From: Moniliella sp. 'wahieum'
Lineage: Eukaryota
Reading direction: 5' to 3'
Length of the DNA: 64,000 bases
NCBI GenBank assembly: GCA_003971905.1
Contig: RSEE01000044.1
Span: 186,001-250,000, forward strand
The notes beneath the pieces were generated by a model. That model did not search any database. It saw only the letters and a program-made list of their open reading frames with translations, and was not told the DNA's origin. The position numbers and the translations under genes were made by a program. Positions 63,330 through 64,000 of this stretch are shown here, piece by piece. Every line of letters starts with the position of its first letter. The stretch's first letter is position 1.

Positions 63330-63920
63330 TCATTTGTCGCTCGCATGGCCATGTGACATGTCAGTCGGATTCCATGCGTTACGCGCATGCGTTACGCGTT
63401 ACGCGTTACGTTATACGTGGTTTTGCGACTTGCTTGCCAGAGTAACTAGCACTAGCAACCAGTAGCACTGGAGCAAGTAGGTACTCAGCACGCGCTCAGC
63501 CGCGCGCGACTCGTGACACGTGACTAGTGACTTGTCACAGTGACTAGTGGCTGACTCGTGACTTGGCGACTAGTACAGCACAGCGCTCGCATGCACAACT
63601 TGCCAGCTAGTTACTAGTCCCTGGCGCTGAGCGCGCTGAGCCGGAGCAGGCCTTCAAGAATGATTAATGACCGGTGATTAATGATTAATGATTAGTGGCC
63701 GCCTCCGGTCTCCATGCCTGTTGCATCGGTCGTGTGTTCGATCAGAAACCGGCTTCGCTTGGGTTGGTGGGGGCTGGTGGGGGTCGATGCCGTCGAAGCG
63801 CGTCGAAGACGCAGAGAAAAAGAAGCCCATCCCGACATCTGCCACACGCGTGACCTCGTCACCACGTCATCAATCAATTCACAACGTCACGCGTCACGCG
63901 TCACCGGTCACATGTCAGGC
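63330..63920. promoter_or_regulatory. Non-coding tract dense in short palindromes and repeats (ACGCGT, GTGACTAG, TGATTAA), possibly a promoter
   Basis: gcgttacgcgttacgcgttacg, gtgactagtgac, tgattaatgattaatgatt, cgtcacgcgtcacgcgtcac; no credible ORF. Confidence 0.4.
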
Positions 63921-64000
63921 CGTCAGACTCGGGCCGAAGTGCGGCAGCGTGGCTCTTTTCCGCCTCAGCTGCACTATGCCCACATGCCGCGTAGCACAGC

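Noticed and set aside
1..64000. tRNA or rRNA genes
   Set aside because: The GTTCRA-like hits I inspected lay in coding sequence or lacked cloverleaf stems, and none could be supported by eye. tRNAscan-SE would be decisive.

Overview
GC-rich, gene-dense eukaryotic DNA from a fungus, most likely a basidiomycete (Ustilaginomycotina-like; inferred from short GT..CTRAC..AG introns and protein style). Nearly every gene, including essential ones, is broken by scattered small indels, mostly missing single bases. I read these as uncorrected sequencing/assembly errors, so gene models were stitched across frames by eye and gene ends are approximate. Gene order: MRPL20 (3' end), a degenerate ETF-QO paralog, URA2/CAD, an apparent RmlD/MAT2B-like SDR + charged-helix repeat + Vps5 PX-BAR fusion gene, MPP10, NUS1, an OPT transporter, a 1.4-kb non-autonomous LTR element (TRIM-like) with identical 240-bp LTRs, RRP40, a YMC1-like carrier, a two-domain DOT5/BCP peroxiredoxin, ALG8, HOP2, LSM3, RRD1/PTPA, GUS1, a GCP6-like gene, HFI1/ADA1, KTI12, SPC97/GCP2, a coiled-coil hypothetical, an alpha-arrestin, KRE33/NAT10, a GT90/CAP10-like glycosyltransferase, NEDD8, and a gene-poor, palindrome-rich terminal 4.5 kb. 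The most interesting signals are the enzyme-sorting-nexin fusion (joined through an intron whose retention gives a stand-alone enzyme), the tandem peroxiredoxin, the ETF-QO paralog lacking Fe-S cysteines, the young TRIM, and a Walker-A Lys-to-Arg change in KTI12.
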